IMG/VR virus record: IMGVR_UViG_3300046012_000806
Span: 6,385-70,384 of that record
From: a virus
Length of the DNA stretch: 64,000 bases
Strand: one strand, 5' to 3'
Both the position numbers and the translations under genes were made by a program. Shown piece after piece: positions 10,085 through 19,764 of the stretch (position 1 is the stretch's first letter; the number at the start of each line of letters is the position of its first letter). Below the pieces are notes generated by a model. It had not been told where the DNA came from. It made no database searches and saw only the letters and a program-made list of their open reading frames with translations.

Positions 10085-11155
10085 TCAGATGCCGAGCATC
10101 TGCGCGATTGCGAAGGGCTGACGGATGACCGCGCCCCAAGTGCCTTGCGTAAGCTTCTGCTTGAATGCCGAAAGCTCACGCACGACGGTGCCGGCGCGCA
10201 TCTTGACGTTGAATGCGCAAAAGCCCGTTTTCTGGCCTTCAACATTCGGAGCGATTGCCTGCACAAGTTCGCCGGCCGCGATGCCCTGCGGGTTGGAAGC
10301 CGTCAACACGCCATACTGAATGGCCTTCTCGAACCGGATTTTCGGGAAGTTTTCCTTCAGCAGCGCCATCGTGTTGACGCCGAAGGAGTTGGCGGCCGTC
10401 AGTCCCATGGAGCTTTTCGGAGAGAAGGCGATGATGATTTCGTCCTCTTCCTCGATGTTGCCGCTCGACTGCAGGATCAGCTGCGTGATCAACGACTGAA
10501 TATCCGTATAGACCTCGTTGGGCGTGGCCACCAGCACGTTGCCGTTGAACCACCCGACGCCGCCCCAGGCCTTGGGGGCGGGGGCGATTGGCGCCGGTAG
10601 GTTCGGATCGGTCTGCATGCCGTAATTCTGCAGGCCAGAGATGCCCTTGAAATACGACAGGTTCTGAAACTTGTTCAGGCCGATCGTGGCCGCCTCACGC
10701 ACCTCATTCGCCCAATTGATCTTCGCGAGGCCGGCGCGATCCAGCTCAAGCTCGCCATATTCAGGCACCGCCTGATAAAGATATGACTGCCGCTGCGGAA
10801 AGTTCATGTTCGCGTTGCCGCGACCATTGTTGTTCCAATCGCCATACGACGACACTTCCGTCGTCGCCTCAACGATCGGGAACATGGCCGTCTGCTGCGT
10901 CCAATCGCCGCGCCGCTCTTCTCCGAGGATTTCAGCGGCCTTGTTCTTGGCCGTCAAAATCCGCAGGATGTTCGGGTCCACGATCGTGGTGAGAAACGAC
11001 GGAATGCCGGAACTCGCCGTTGTGATCAGCGAGGGCTGAGCGTCCATGGCCAGTTCGTAATTCATTTTCCATGAAGGGTCGGTGAAGGCGACGGCCTCAG
11101 GGAAATGAATCCCGAATTCTTTTTCAAAGTGATCAAAAACAGGATCGCGGTTCAT
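10085..11155 (-). CDS. Major capsid protein (DUF2184-like)
   Basis: 356 aa; ELAMDAQP, GDW, SYGD, YGELE, NYGxxxDPNL. Confidence 0.85.
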   Translation of the reverse strand: MNRDPVFDHFEKEFGIHFPEAVAFTDPSWKMNYELAMDAQPSLITTASSGIPSFLTTIVDPNILRILTAKNKAAEILGEERRGDWTQQTAMFPIVEATTEVSSYGDWNNNGRGNANMNFPQRQSYLYQAVPEYGELELDRAGLAKINWANEVREAATIGLNKFQNLSYFKGISGLQNYGMQTDPNLPAPIAPAPKAWGGVGWFNGNVLVATPNEVYTDIQSLITQLILQSSGNIEEEDEIIIAFSPKSSMGLTAANSFGVNTMALLKENFPKIRFEKAIQYGVLTASNPQGIAAGELVQAIAPNVEGQKTGFCAFNVKMRAGTVVRELSAFKQKLTQGTWGAVIRQPFAIAQMLGI

Positions 11156-11183
11156 GCGTTTGTTCCTTCCTTAAATGAAGCGA

Positions 11184-12326
11184 TCAACCGAGCAGGTGAT
11201 CAGAGATGGTGACGAGTTCGCCGGGCGCGGCGACCGACATGGCTTTCCATTTCGTGGCGACGCCGGCCAGGACCGTGAACGCCGTGTCACCAGCGCCGGT
11301 CGAGGCGTTGGTGCGGTACGTCCCGAGGCCGCCAGTGCCCGAAATGAACTTCGAGATCTGAATGCCGCCCGTGTTGCTGGAACTGGTCACGGAGTCATTC
11401 AGTTCAAGCGTTCCGGACAGGGCGCTGGCGGCGGTGAGCAGCCCGCCAGCGACCACGCCCGTGGACGTATCCGCCACCGTCTGCGCGATGTCCACCGCGT
11501 AGGTCCCCGTGCCGCCCGTGCCGGTGCCGAGGGCAGAAATCTTGGTGCCGGACGTAATGCCGCCACCGCTGAGCCCTGCGCCGACGACGATCGCGCCCGT
11601 GCCGGACGTGAGCGACGTGATGGTGAGGCCACCGCCGCTCATGTTCAGGGTGGTAGAGGCCACCGTCTGCGACACGTTCACCGAGTAAGTGCCGACGCCG
11701 CCAAGCGTGCCACTCAGCTGACCGGTGATGATCGTCGAGGGATCGACGCCCGTGCCGGCGACGGTCTGCCCCGCGCCGAGCACCGCGCCGGACGCAATGG
11801 CCGAAATGGTCATCACCTGACCGGCGATCGAGCCGGTGTTCCCAGTGTTCGGCTTGATGGCCGAAACATTGAGCACAATCGCCGCCAGAGTGCCTGTGAA
11901 CGTCGCGCTCGTCGGGGGCGACGCGCCGAACGTCACGGAGCCATCGCTGGAATCCGCATAAGCTGTATCACCGATGGCGGTCGCCGCAGCGCCAGCATTC
12001 GTGACCAGGAAGTCCCCGCCGTTGTAGATGTTGCCGACGAAAGTGCCGGGAATCATCACATTCGAGGAGGCCTGGAGGTAGACGGTGATGTCAGCGCGCA
12101 AGCCCTGACGGCCAATGAACCCGGTCACTGACCCAGGGCCGAAGTTGTTCAGCGCCCGAGTGTTCACCGCGTCTCGCCAAGCGAACCGGCCAACCGTGAG
12201 GCCAGCAGCGCCCGAAACAAATTCGGACGCTCCAGCGGGAACCGACCAGCGCGGATTGACATTGGCGAAATCGCCGGCAATGCCAATGGCCGGCTGGACA
12301 TTCACCTGAGAGGGAAAGTCACCCAT
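11184..12326 (-). CDS. Head decoration/cement protein with about three inserted beta-rich repeats
   Basis: [32 protein letters not shown] motifs; between scaffold and MCP. Confidence 0.7.
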   Translation of the reverse strand: MGDFPSQVNVQPAIGIAGDFANVNPRWSVPAGASEFVSGAAGLTVGRFAWRDAVNTRALNNFGPGSVTGFIGRQGLRADITVYLQASSNVMIPGTFVGNIYNGGDFLVTNAGAAATAIGDTAYADSSDGSVTFGASPPTSATFTGTLAAIVLNVSAIKPNTGNTGSIAGQVMTISAIASGAVLGAGQTVAGTGVDPSTIITGQLSGTLGGVGTYSVNVSQTVASTTLNMSGGGLTITSLTSGTGAIVVGAGLSGGGITSGTKISALGTGTGGTGTYAVDIAQTVADTSTGVVAGGLLTAASALSGTLELNDSVTSSSNTGGIQISKFISGTGGLGTYRTNASTGAGDTAFTVLAGVATKWKAMSVAAPGELVTISDHLLG

Positions 12327-12359
12327 AATTCAATTCTCCTTTTGATTGACTTGAAAGCC

Positions 12360-13244
12360 TCAGACGCTGAGGCGGTCGATGTTGTGCTTTTTCGCGAACT
12401 CGGTCAGCGCGTTGCCGCTGTCGGCCGCCAAAGGCTGGCGATTGGCAGGGCGAGCCTTCAGCTGATTCACGACAAGCTCCACCATCGGCCGCAGGGCCGA
12501 TGGGTGAACGCCTTTGTGCTTGACGCCGGAGTGGTCGAGCGCAGCGACGTAAATCTTTTCTGCCGTGTCCATCGCGATTGTGACCTCGCCGATGATCGGC
12601 CGGACCAGGTTCTGGGCTTCGGTGCGGTCCGCGAACTGCCGTTTCATCTCGGCAATGGTTTCGTCGCGATTTTTCCGCAGCGCCGCGTCCATGGCCGTTT
12701 TGTTGACCATGCCCTTCATCTTCATCTTCTCCTTTTCAGCATCTTCATCTTCGTCGGTCGCGGCCTCCGGAAGATCGTCGGCCATTTCGTCTTTGGCGTC
12801 GCCGTCGCCACTCCTCATGAGCTCAAGCACGCGGTCAATTTCTTCAGGCTGGCACTTCCCTTCGAGAATGGAGCGCAGTTCCTCTTCGCGGCCATCATCG
12901 AAGGAGATGTCGTTGAGCTCTTCCGCGTCATCGTCTTCATTCTTCTTCGCCGACTTGGGCGGCTCTTCCTCGTCCATCGCCTCGTCCGAAGGGCTCAGCT
13001 TGTCGAGAAGCAAGTTGAGATCGTCGAGCGAAGCGTCCTTGGCGAGCTTGCCGGCCGTGGCCTTCTTGAGATCGATGACAAGCGTCGGGCGCACCGTCTT
13101 GAAATTGCGGGCAGTCGTGCCCTTGAGAATGGCGCGCAGGTCGATGCTTGAATCCTTCGCGAGCTTCGGCCCGAGGTACACCATCAATGCGCCCTGGGTG
13201 ATCGCCGCGTGCCGAGACAGCACGGGGTTGGTATGCTTAGTCAT
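12360..13244 (-). CDS. Nested in-frame scaffold protein from an internal start
   Basis: TAAGGAG Shine-Dalgarno followed by in-frame ATG (MTKHTNP) just after the protease domain; same arrangement as lambda C/Nu3. Confidence 0.6.
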   Translation of the reverse strand: MTKHTNPVLSRHAAITQGALMVYLGPKLAKDSSIDLRAILKGTTARNFKTVRPTLVIDLKKATAGKLAKDASLDDLNLLLDKLSPSDEAMDEEEPPKSAKKNEDDDAEELNDISFDDGREEELRSILEGKCQPEEIDRVLELMRSGDGDAKDEMADDLPEAATDEDEDAEKEKMKMKGMVNKTAMDAALRKNRDETIAEMKRQFADRTEAQNLVRPIIGEVTIAMDTAEKIYVAALDHSGVKHKGVHPSALRPMVELVVNQLKARPANRQPLAADSGNALTEFAKKHNIDRLSV

Positions 13245-13964
13245 GGTCTTCTCCTTACTGTCGTTGGCTTGCTTAGTCTCTTTTTTCGGCCCGTTCTTTT
13301 TTTCGTCAAACTGGCCGACATTCCAATTCACCTTCATGCCATTCGGCAGTGAATCTCCGACCACAACGTCTGTTCCGGCGCGGCCGTCCTTCACTATTGC
13401 GACGTGGTTGCCGCGAATGTTGCGCATCACGCCGTCATACCGCTGGCCTTTGTAAGTGCCGGACGTCATGTCCGCGTCGTAACGGTATGACGACGAAAGT
13501 TCATGCTGGCGCTCATTTTCAATCTCTTCGATCATCGCCCCGTCCCAAACGGTGAGCGGCGCATCAAGGTAAGGGTCATTGAACTCAACCTTGTCTCCGA
13601 CCGACCCGACAACATCGTCCCTCGGATGGTCAGCGGCGAAACTGGGCGTGTGCCGCAGCAGCAGCGGCTTACCGACAAACGTGGCCGCGCCCTTGCGCAA
13701 TTCTTCCGGATCACGGAAAAGTTGGTAAACCTTTTCCGGATCAAGGCCCAGGCTCTCGCTGTCCGGGATTTCTTTGCCATAATAAGGGTTCACGCAGGCC
13801 TTTGAGATATGCGACAAGGCCACGCGCAAGTGGCCGTCCTCGTCCTTTGAGCGCACAGAGTTGCGGTCCATGGCCACGCAGTCGTTGGCGGCTCCATCAA
13901 CGAGATGAAGGTCGCCAGACTTATACATGAACCTGTTGTCCTCTTCCTCATCGAGCATCGTCAT
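12360..13964 (-). CDS. Prohead protease-scaffold (DUF2213) with N-terminal RFxYxxGDL leader peptide
   Basis: Start reassigned to ATG 13964 (ATGA overlap with the upstream stop); VNPYYGKEI, ELSSSY, GNHVAIVxxGRAG; acidic helical C-terminus. Confidence 0.85.
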   Translation of the reverse strand: MTMLDEEEDNRFMYKSGDLHLVDGAANDCVAMDRNSVRSKDEDGHLRVALSHISKACVNPYYGKEIPDSESLGLDPEKVYQLFRDPEELRKGAATFVGKPLLLRHTPSFAADHPRDDVVGSVGDKVEFNDPYLDAPLTVWDGAMIEEIENERQHELSSSYRYDADMTSGTYKGQRYDGVMRNIRGNHVAIVKDGRAGTDVVVGDSLPNGMKVNWNVGQFDEKKNGPKKETKQANDSKEKTMTKHTNPVLSRHAAITQGALMVYLGPKLAKDSSIDLRAILKGTTARNFKTVRPTLVIDLKKATAGKLAKDASLDDLNLLLDKLSPSDEAMDEEEPPKSAKKNEDDDAEELNDISFDDGREEELRSILEGKCQPEEIDRVLELMRSGDGDAKDEMADDLPEAATDEDEDAEKEKMKMKGMVNKTAMDAALRKNRDETIAEMKRQFADRTEAQNLVRPIIGEVTIAMDTAEKIYVAALDHSGVKHKGVHPSALRPMVELVVNQLKARPANRQPLAADSGNALTEFAKKHNIDRLSV

Positions 13965-15217
13965 TGAATCAACTCGCAATTGATTATTCTTTTTTTGGCA
14001 TCGATCCCTGTGATTTTCAACTTTGAGCCACGTTGAATGACGATCTCAAATTCATCATCATCGATGTCGGCAGCCTTGATGGCGGCAGCTTTCTGCCCCT
14101 TTTTTATATTGACTTCAAGAATCAAAGACCCATCCCCTTTGGCGAAGGATTTCGCGACCGACTTTGAGGTCGATACGCTAATGAAGCCATTGTCTTGAAA
14201 TTCGTCTCCAATTTTTGCATTCTTGAGAAACTCTTCGGCCATGTCGCCGCTCATTCCCCGATACGTGGACACATCTTTTAACATGGATGATCGATTAAGC
14301 CACTCTTCTATATTTTTTGTCGATACATAGCTTTTGGCGCCTGATTGGTGCTCGCCTGTCTTGCGAAGGTGGCCATTCATTTTTGAGAATTGCGTGCCCT
14401 TGTAATTCACTATTGAAAATATCTCGCCATCGCCTTGTGGCTCCGGGCGATTGGCCGCGACTTCTTTCAGAGCCTTTCCGTGCGGGGAGGCGAAGAACTT
14501 TTCATAACGCTTCTGTTCGCGGGTTTTTTTACCGCCAGAGCCTTTCCCGAACTCGCCATTGTCGGCGCGAGGGTGCTTGCTTTCATCAAACTCACCTGCG
14601 TCGTTGGCCAGCTTTCCTTTGATGATCTTCTCAACGGCAGGATGCATGGGCGCCGGCAAGGCGTCCGGCAAGAACCATCCATGGTCAGAGTGTTCGTTGT
14701 TCAACTTGATCTCAGGCAATGGACCGTGCAGTGGGCAATGAAAGGTTGAAAACTTCATTCCGTTCGGCGTCGTCACTTCGTTGGGGTCTGAAAAGCTCGC
14801 GTCGCCATCAATTGGCGCCCAGCCGATTTCTTCTCGTGATTCGCGCAGCGCGCCTTGCGCAGGCGTTTCGTCCGGCTCAACACCGCCGCCCGGCAGCGCC
14901 CAGTGGCCGACGTAATTGTCCTTGCCCTCTTCGCCAGCTCGCTTGAGCAACAAGACGCGGCCGTCGGGGGCGACGTACATGACGCCTGCAGCGCGCTTGG
15001 CGGGGGCCGCATCGTCTTCCGCATGTTCCGGCTCCGCCGCTTCTTCACGTAGCCACTTCGTGATCAGCATGCCGAGTTGCGACCAGTCCGGGCCGCTCAT
15101 GTCGTGCGACACAAACTCCTTGCCGACCTTCTGCGAAACGCCAGCACGCTTCGCGAATGCCGGGTTATGGGCCACAGCTTCCATGAAACGGTGTTGCTTC
15201 GCAGATTTGGTCGGCAC
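13961..15217 (-). CDS. Nudix hydrolase - ADP-ribosyltransferase fusion, probably head-associated
   Basis: Canonical Nudix box GGVEPDETPAQGALRESREEIG; KHPRADNGEF tag; VIP2-like R-S-E motifs TYRG, GFISVSTS, EFE. Confidence 0.85.
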   Translation of the reverse strand: MPTKSAKQHRFMEAVAHNPAFAKRAGVSQKVGKEFVSHDMSGPDWSQLGMLITKWLREEAAEPEHAEDDAAPAKRAAGVMYVAPDGRVLLLKRAGEEGKDNYVGHWALPGGGVEPDETPAQGALRESREEIGWAPIDGDASFSDPNEVTTPNGMKFSTFHCPLHGPLPEIKLNNEHSDHGWFLPDALPAPMHPAVEKIIKGKLANDAGEFDESKHPRADNGEFGKGSGGKKTREQKRYEKFFASPHGKALKEVAANRPEPQGDGEIFSIVNYKGTQFSKMNGHLRKTGEHQSGAKSYVSTKNIEEWLNRSSMLKDVSTYRGMSGDMAEEFLKNAKIGDEFQDNGFISVSTSKSVAKSFAKGDGSLILEVNIKKGQKAAAIKAADIDDDEFEIVIQRGSKLKITGIDAKKRIINCELIQ

Positions 15218-15229
15218 GGGTCTATGACC

Positions 15230-15622
15230 TCACGAGCACTTCGGATCAACGGCGACGCACATCTGGTAGATGACGCGCGCCGACTGGCCGGTCTTCGGCA
15301 AGAGCGCCTTGATGATCGTCACTTCTTCCGGCGACAGGTCGTTGACGCCATCGCGAAGCTTGTCCGCGAGCTTTGCGCGCTCGACGATGGCGCTCAGCTT
15401 CATGTTCTCTTCGCCTTGGTAGCGCACGTCAACCATTCGCGACAATGCGACGCCAATCTTGAGATCGCCATATTTGTCGCACTTGGTCTTGTCAACGTCG
15501 TTCACCTTGACGCATTCCTGCAGCGGCGTGCCGCTGTCGGTCAGCAGCAGGTCGTCCAGCGACGCAGCAGCGGCAGGAACCGCGCTGAGCGCCAAGACGA
15601 TCACAAAAGCAGATTTAATCAT
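15230..15622 (-). CDS. Signal-peptide protein, possible fibre chaperone
   Basis: MIKSAFVIVLALSAVPAAAA signal; four Cys; follows the fibre gene. Confidence 0.45.
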   Translation of the reverse strand: MIKSAFVIVLALSAVPAAAASLDDLLLTDSGTPLQECVKVNDVDKTKCDKYGDLKIGVALSRMVDVRYQGEENMKLSAIVERAKLADKLRDGVNDLSPEEVTIIKALLPKTGQSARVIYQMCVAVDPKCS

Positions 15623-15674
15623 TTCTCTCTCGCTCTCTCAACATCTCCCGCCGTGAATGGCGGTAAGATTCAGC

Positions 15675-18311
15675 TTAAACACAAGTTCCGCCGACTAGGG
15701 CCGTAACAATCCCGCCCGTGTACGTCACCCCTGTCGGCGCGACTGAACAAACCGCGCTGATGCCGGCCACGCCCCCGGCTTTGTATCCCAAGGCATCGAT
15801 GGTCGCATAACCAGTCTGCGCCGTCGTGCGGATTTTCAGAACCGCGTCGGTGGCGAAGTCAAAACCGACGCCGGCCGTGGCCGCATTGTTCGTCACGTTC
15901 ATCTCGCCGTCTGCCGGCGACGAGACCAAGCTGCGGCCGCTCCATTGATAAGATGAACCGGCCCCGGCCACAACATTGCTGCTAATGGTGACGACGCCCG
16001 CTGAAGAAACAGAAAATCTCGCAACCCCATTCAGCCAAACGCTGAGCAGGTCCCCAGCGAATGCGCTGGGCGCATTGACTCCGAGCATTGTGCCCGCAGT
16101 GTTCCAGATCGTCGTGGTTGCGCCGGCCGTCTCAATCAACGCCAGCGGCTTCGTGGTCGTGGACGTGCCACCTGTTATCGGCGCACCGCTGATCAAAAAT
16201 GTGGAGGAGGACAGCGCATTGCTGCTCGGCAGAGTGAATGAACCGTTCACGGTCAACGACAGCGACGCCGCCAGCAAGTTGCCTTTCATCAACGGTGTTG
16301 AGCCGGTGGTTGAGCAAACCTTAAATTGACTGGCCGTGCTGCTCGCGTCCGCGTCGCAATTCGCGGCGGTGCCCATTATTATGTTGTTTGACCCGGTGGA
16401 AAGCGTGACGGAAGCCACGCTGTACCCCATGATCAAGTTGAAGCTTCCCGAGACGATTGCTGATCCGGTTTGGTATCCAACGCCTATGTTGCCAGTGCCG
16501 GAAGCGTCAGCATCAAGCGATTGAAAGCCCATTGCAACCGAGCCGGTGCCTGTCAGGTGGGCTTTCAGCGCTTGCGCGCCAACGGCCGTGGTCTGGCTGG
16601 CCGTGGTTATGGCTGTAGAGGTCGTGGCCCCAACGGCCGTGTTGCTGGACGCGGCCCCTGCAATATTAAGCAAGGTGTCCTTGCCGAAGCTGGAATTGCT
16701 GCCGCCAGTGTTGGGTGACCCGGTTGAACCTTCTCCCGCGCCGGAACCCATGAACGTGTTGTTGACGCTCGTGACGTTCGCCCCGGCGAACAGTCCGAAC
16801 GCGCTGTTGGATGTCTGCGTCGTGATGGCGGTCAACGTTCCACGACCGAATGCGGCGTTGTTTGACCCCGTAGTCAGGTTCTGCAAAGCATTGACGCCCA
16901 CGGCCGTCGTGGCCACCGTGCCTTGGATCGAACTAGCGGCGTTGTACCCTATGATGACGGCATTTGAGCCGGTATGTGGCACGGCGATGTCGTAAACCGA
17001 AGCGCCAACTGGCACGTCCCCAAATAACAACGTGCTGATGGTTATGGATACATTCGGGTTAACTGAAACGATCGTGGATCCAACTTGTGCGCAGCACAAA
17101 AAGACCGTATCCCCGACGTGATAGATGGTCGTGTCAGTGAAGAACAACGTCGCCGTGCCAGCGGACGAGACGCTGGTGACGGTTGTGGAGGGTGAAGTCC
17201 CGACGCCGGCCGAACGGCCAATTATGACGTTATTCGACCCCATGCCGAACTGATAGGCGTTCTGGCCGATGACGACGTTGCCGTCCGTATCGACAAGCGA
17301 CTGCCCCGCGCCTTGCCCGTAAAGAGTGTTAGCCGATCCGGTGGCGAGGCCATACGCGGCATTGAAACCGATGGCGGTGTTGAAGCTCGCAGTTCCGTGA
17401 ATGTTGATGCATGAAGCCTCGCCCAGGCACGTGTTGTCTACGCCGGTCAGGGCCGGAGATGCGGCGACGCCGGACCCGCCGCGCCCGCTGAACGCGCCGA
17501 TGAAGGTGTTGGACGACCCACCGATTGCCCACTGCCCGGCGACATGACCGACAAAGGTTGAGGACCGCCCATCGATCCAACTCTGCCCGGCCTCGAACCC
17601 GATGGCGACGGTGGAATCGCAAGTCACGCATGCCGCCAGCACGCCGCCTTGGCCGAGCGCCACATTGTTTGACGCGCCGCCCGCGCCGGTCGGGGACGGA
17701 AGCGCCCCGGTCCCGATGACGAGGTTCTGGTTACTGTCCGGAATGGTTTGCGAGATCGGCCCGTTGAATGTTGATGTACCTGTCACGGCCAGCGTGAAGG
17801 AGCCGAGCGTCGCGCCGCCCAGCGCCAGGTTGGCGGCCTCAAGGCCGGCATACCCGCTGTTGTCCGCCAAACGAACTTGGAGCTTGGCGGACGACCGGCG
17901 CAGCGACGGAGAGGAAGACGTTGTGTCGCCAAACGCCACGATGCCGCCCGTGACGACGTTCCCGCTAATCGCCAAGGCAGGAGAGGCCAGAACGCCGGTC
18001 GCGATATTGAATGAGAAATTGGCGTTTTGGTCAAGCGCCGTTTCATTCTGAAACAATACCAACTTGTCCGTGCCGCCCGTGATCGTCGCGCCGATCTCCA
18101 GCGACGCGGCCGGCGCAGAGCCGAGCAAGATTGACGCCGTGACCTTTTTCGACACGCCGTCCTGAACAAGATACAGCAAGTCCGCATCGTTCACGACGCT
18201 GGCGCTTGGGCATGAAGTCAACGTGCCGCAGACCTGCGCCTGTGCGGAGGAAAGCGCCGCCAACTGCGCAATGAAGAGCGCGAATATGATTCGAGGCATC
18301 AACTTCATCAA
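15675..18311 (-). CDS. Fibre/spike-like protein with YadA-type NxAxG beta-roll repeats and a signal peptide
   Basis: Many NTAIG/NTFIG/NNAAFG repeats at roughly 14-aa spacing; hydrophobic N-terminus ending AQA. Confidence 0.7.
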   Translation of the reverse strand: MMKLMPRIIFALFIAQLAALSSAQAQVCGTLTSCPSASVVNDADLLYLVQDGVSKKVTASILLGSAPAASLEIGATITGGTDKLVLFQNETALDQNANFSFNIATGVLASPALAISGNVVTGGIVAFGDTTSSSPSLRRSSAKLQVRLADNSGYAGLEAANLALGGATLGSFTLAVTGTSTFNGPISQTIPDSNQNLVIGTGALPSPTGAGGASNNVALGQGGVLAACVTCDSTVAIGFEAGQSWIDGRSSTFVGHVAGQWAIGGSSNTFIGAFSGRGGSGVAASPALTGVDNTCLGEASCINIHGTASFNTAIGFNAAYGLATGSANTLYGQGAGQSLVDTDGNVVIGQNAYQFGMGSNNVIIGRSAGVGTSPSTTVTSVSSAGTATLFFTDTTIYHVGDTVFLCCAQVGSTIVSVNPNVSITISTLLFGDVPVGASVYDIAVPHTGSNAVIIGYNAASSIQGTVATTAVGVNALQNLTTGSNNAAFGRGTLTAITTQTSNSAFGLFAGANVTSVNNTFMGSGAGEGSTGSPNTGGSNSSFGKDTLLNIAGAASSNTAVGATTSTAITTASQTTAVGAQALKAHLTGTGSVAMGFQSLDADASGTGNIGVGYQTGSAIVSGSFNLIMGYSVASVTLSTGSNNIIMGTAANCDADASSTASQFKVCSTTGSTPLMKGNLLAASLSLTVNGSFTLPSSNALSSSTFLISGAPITGGTSTTTKPLALIETAGATTTIWNTAGTMLGVNAPSAFAGDLLSVWLNGVARFSVSSAGVVTISSNVVAGAGSSYQWSGRSLVSSPADGEMNVTNNAATAGVGFDFATDAVLKIRTTAQTGYATIDALGYKAGGVAGISAVCSVAPTGVTYTGGIVTALVGGTCV

Positions 18312-18398
18312 AGCTCTCGCGCTTCGTCAGCCATGCACAGCACAATGGCCAAGCAGAATAAGCAGAAGTCCAAAGCGGTCATTATCATGAACTGGCGC

Positions 18399-19763
18399 TC
18401 ATTGGATGAGTTGCAGAACGGCGTTATCGACATCGAACGTCTGACCGGCAGTCCCGAGTGTTTGCAGCGCCATCGCATAGGTCGTTGTCTGCGTCCCCAA
18501 AAAGAGCGCATAGAAGCCGCCAGCGTTTGGCACGGGAGTTGCGGCAAATGCAGGCGCGGGCGACGACGTTGAGCCGTTGCTGTTGCTGGTCGCCGCAAGC
18601 GACGCGCCATTCACTGCGGAATAATTAAATCCGACGAGATAATAAGCGCCGACCGTCGTAGAGACGCCCTGCATCATCCGGTTCTCGCCGCTGGCCGAGC
18701 GCGTGAAGCGCGCCACGCCGCCCGATGCGGCATTCCAGGCAATCGAGCCGGACGCTATGGGCGTCGCCCACCCCGTAAGGCTTGTGGCGAAATCGGCGTT
18801 TGTAAGAAGATTCGCGTTGAACGATGGGCTTGTCGCATCCGTACCGAAGCTGACGGTCCAAGCGAAAGCCTTGGTTCCAAGCGTGCCGTTGGCCTGCTCA
18901 AAATAGATTTTTGTCCGCACGTCATCGCGAACAATCACGAAGCGCCGACCAGGGGCGCTCGTGCTGTGCCAACGCATTGTGCGCCCCGAAGACGAGTCAC
19001 GGATTTGCACGTCAGGTGACGTAAGCAAATATGTATAGCTCAATGCTGCTATCGGCACACTTAGGCGCGAGGCCCCGTCAGTCGGGGCGACAGACGCCGA
19101 GTCGGCAAGGTGGCTGAATATACCCATTCCAATGTAAGTCGTGGTGTACGATTGGCTCGAAGAAATAGACGGGGCGTTGAATGCGATCGTTCCGTCGGTG
19201 CTTGCCGTTTCCGAAAACCCCGTCACCGTCACGGTATTGGACGAATTTACGATAGACGAGTCGTGGGTTACGACAAGCTGTGTGCCAATCGGCGCATCCG
19301 TCATCGGGTTGAACGCCACGCCGTCCATCTTGAGCGTTTCTGCCGTGACTGTCTCGCCGCCGTGATACGAACCGGCAAAGAGGCCGTTCGCGCTGAAGGC
19401 ATAGTCCTGCGCGCCGACATCGCTTGAATAGGTGTATGTCGCGTCGGCTGGCGCGGAAGCAAACGTCGGCAAAACGCTCGTGCCAACGTAACGCCACGGC
19501 TGAAACGGCGAACCAACCGATCCGGGTGGCGTGCTGGAGTCGCCATTGTTGTTGCGGATGAAATGATGGCAGAGGATGACGCCAGATGTTGTTGTATTGA
19601 CGACCGCATAGAAGCTGTTGGCCGTGTCTATAACAATGCGGATTGACGGCGGGGCAGCGCCGCTGGCCCCTGCGCCCAACAAAAGCAGCGATTGCGCAAA
19701 TGCGACCGACGACGCAAAAACGAATGCGGCTACAGCTACAAAGTATTTTGAAAAGCGGTTCAT
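18399..19763 (-). CDS. Exported beta-rich protein with C-terminal carbohydrate-binding-like domain
   Basis: Start reassigned to MNRFSKYF (signal ending AFA); NLLTNADF..GW...DN typical of CBM-like jelly rolls. Confidence 0.5.
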   Translation of the reverse strand: MNRFSKYFVAVAAFVFASSVAFAQSLLLLGAGASGAAPPSIRIVIDTANSFYAVVNTTTSGVILCHHFIRNNNGDSSTPPGSVGSPFQPWRYVGTSVLPTFASAPADATYTYSSDVGAQDYAFSANGLFAGSYHGGETVTAETLKMDGVAFNPMTDAPIGTQLVVTHDSSIVNSSNTVTVTGFSETASTDGTIAFNAPSISSSQSYTTTYIGMGIFSHLADSASVAPTDGASRLSVPIAALSYTYLLTSPDVQIRDSSSGRTMRWHSTSAPGRRFVIVRDDVRTKIYFEQANGTLGTKAFAWTVSFGTDATSPSFNANLLTNADFATSLTGWATPIASGSIAWNAASGGVARFTRSASGENRMMQGVSTTVGAYYLVGFNYSAVNGASLAATSNSNGSTSSPAPAFAATPVPNAGGFYALFLGTQTTTYAMALQTLGTAGQTFDVDNAVLQLIQ

Positions 19764-19764
19764 C

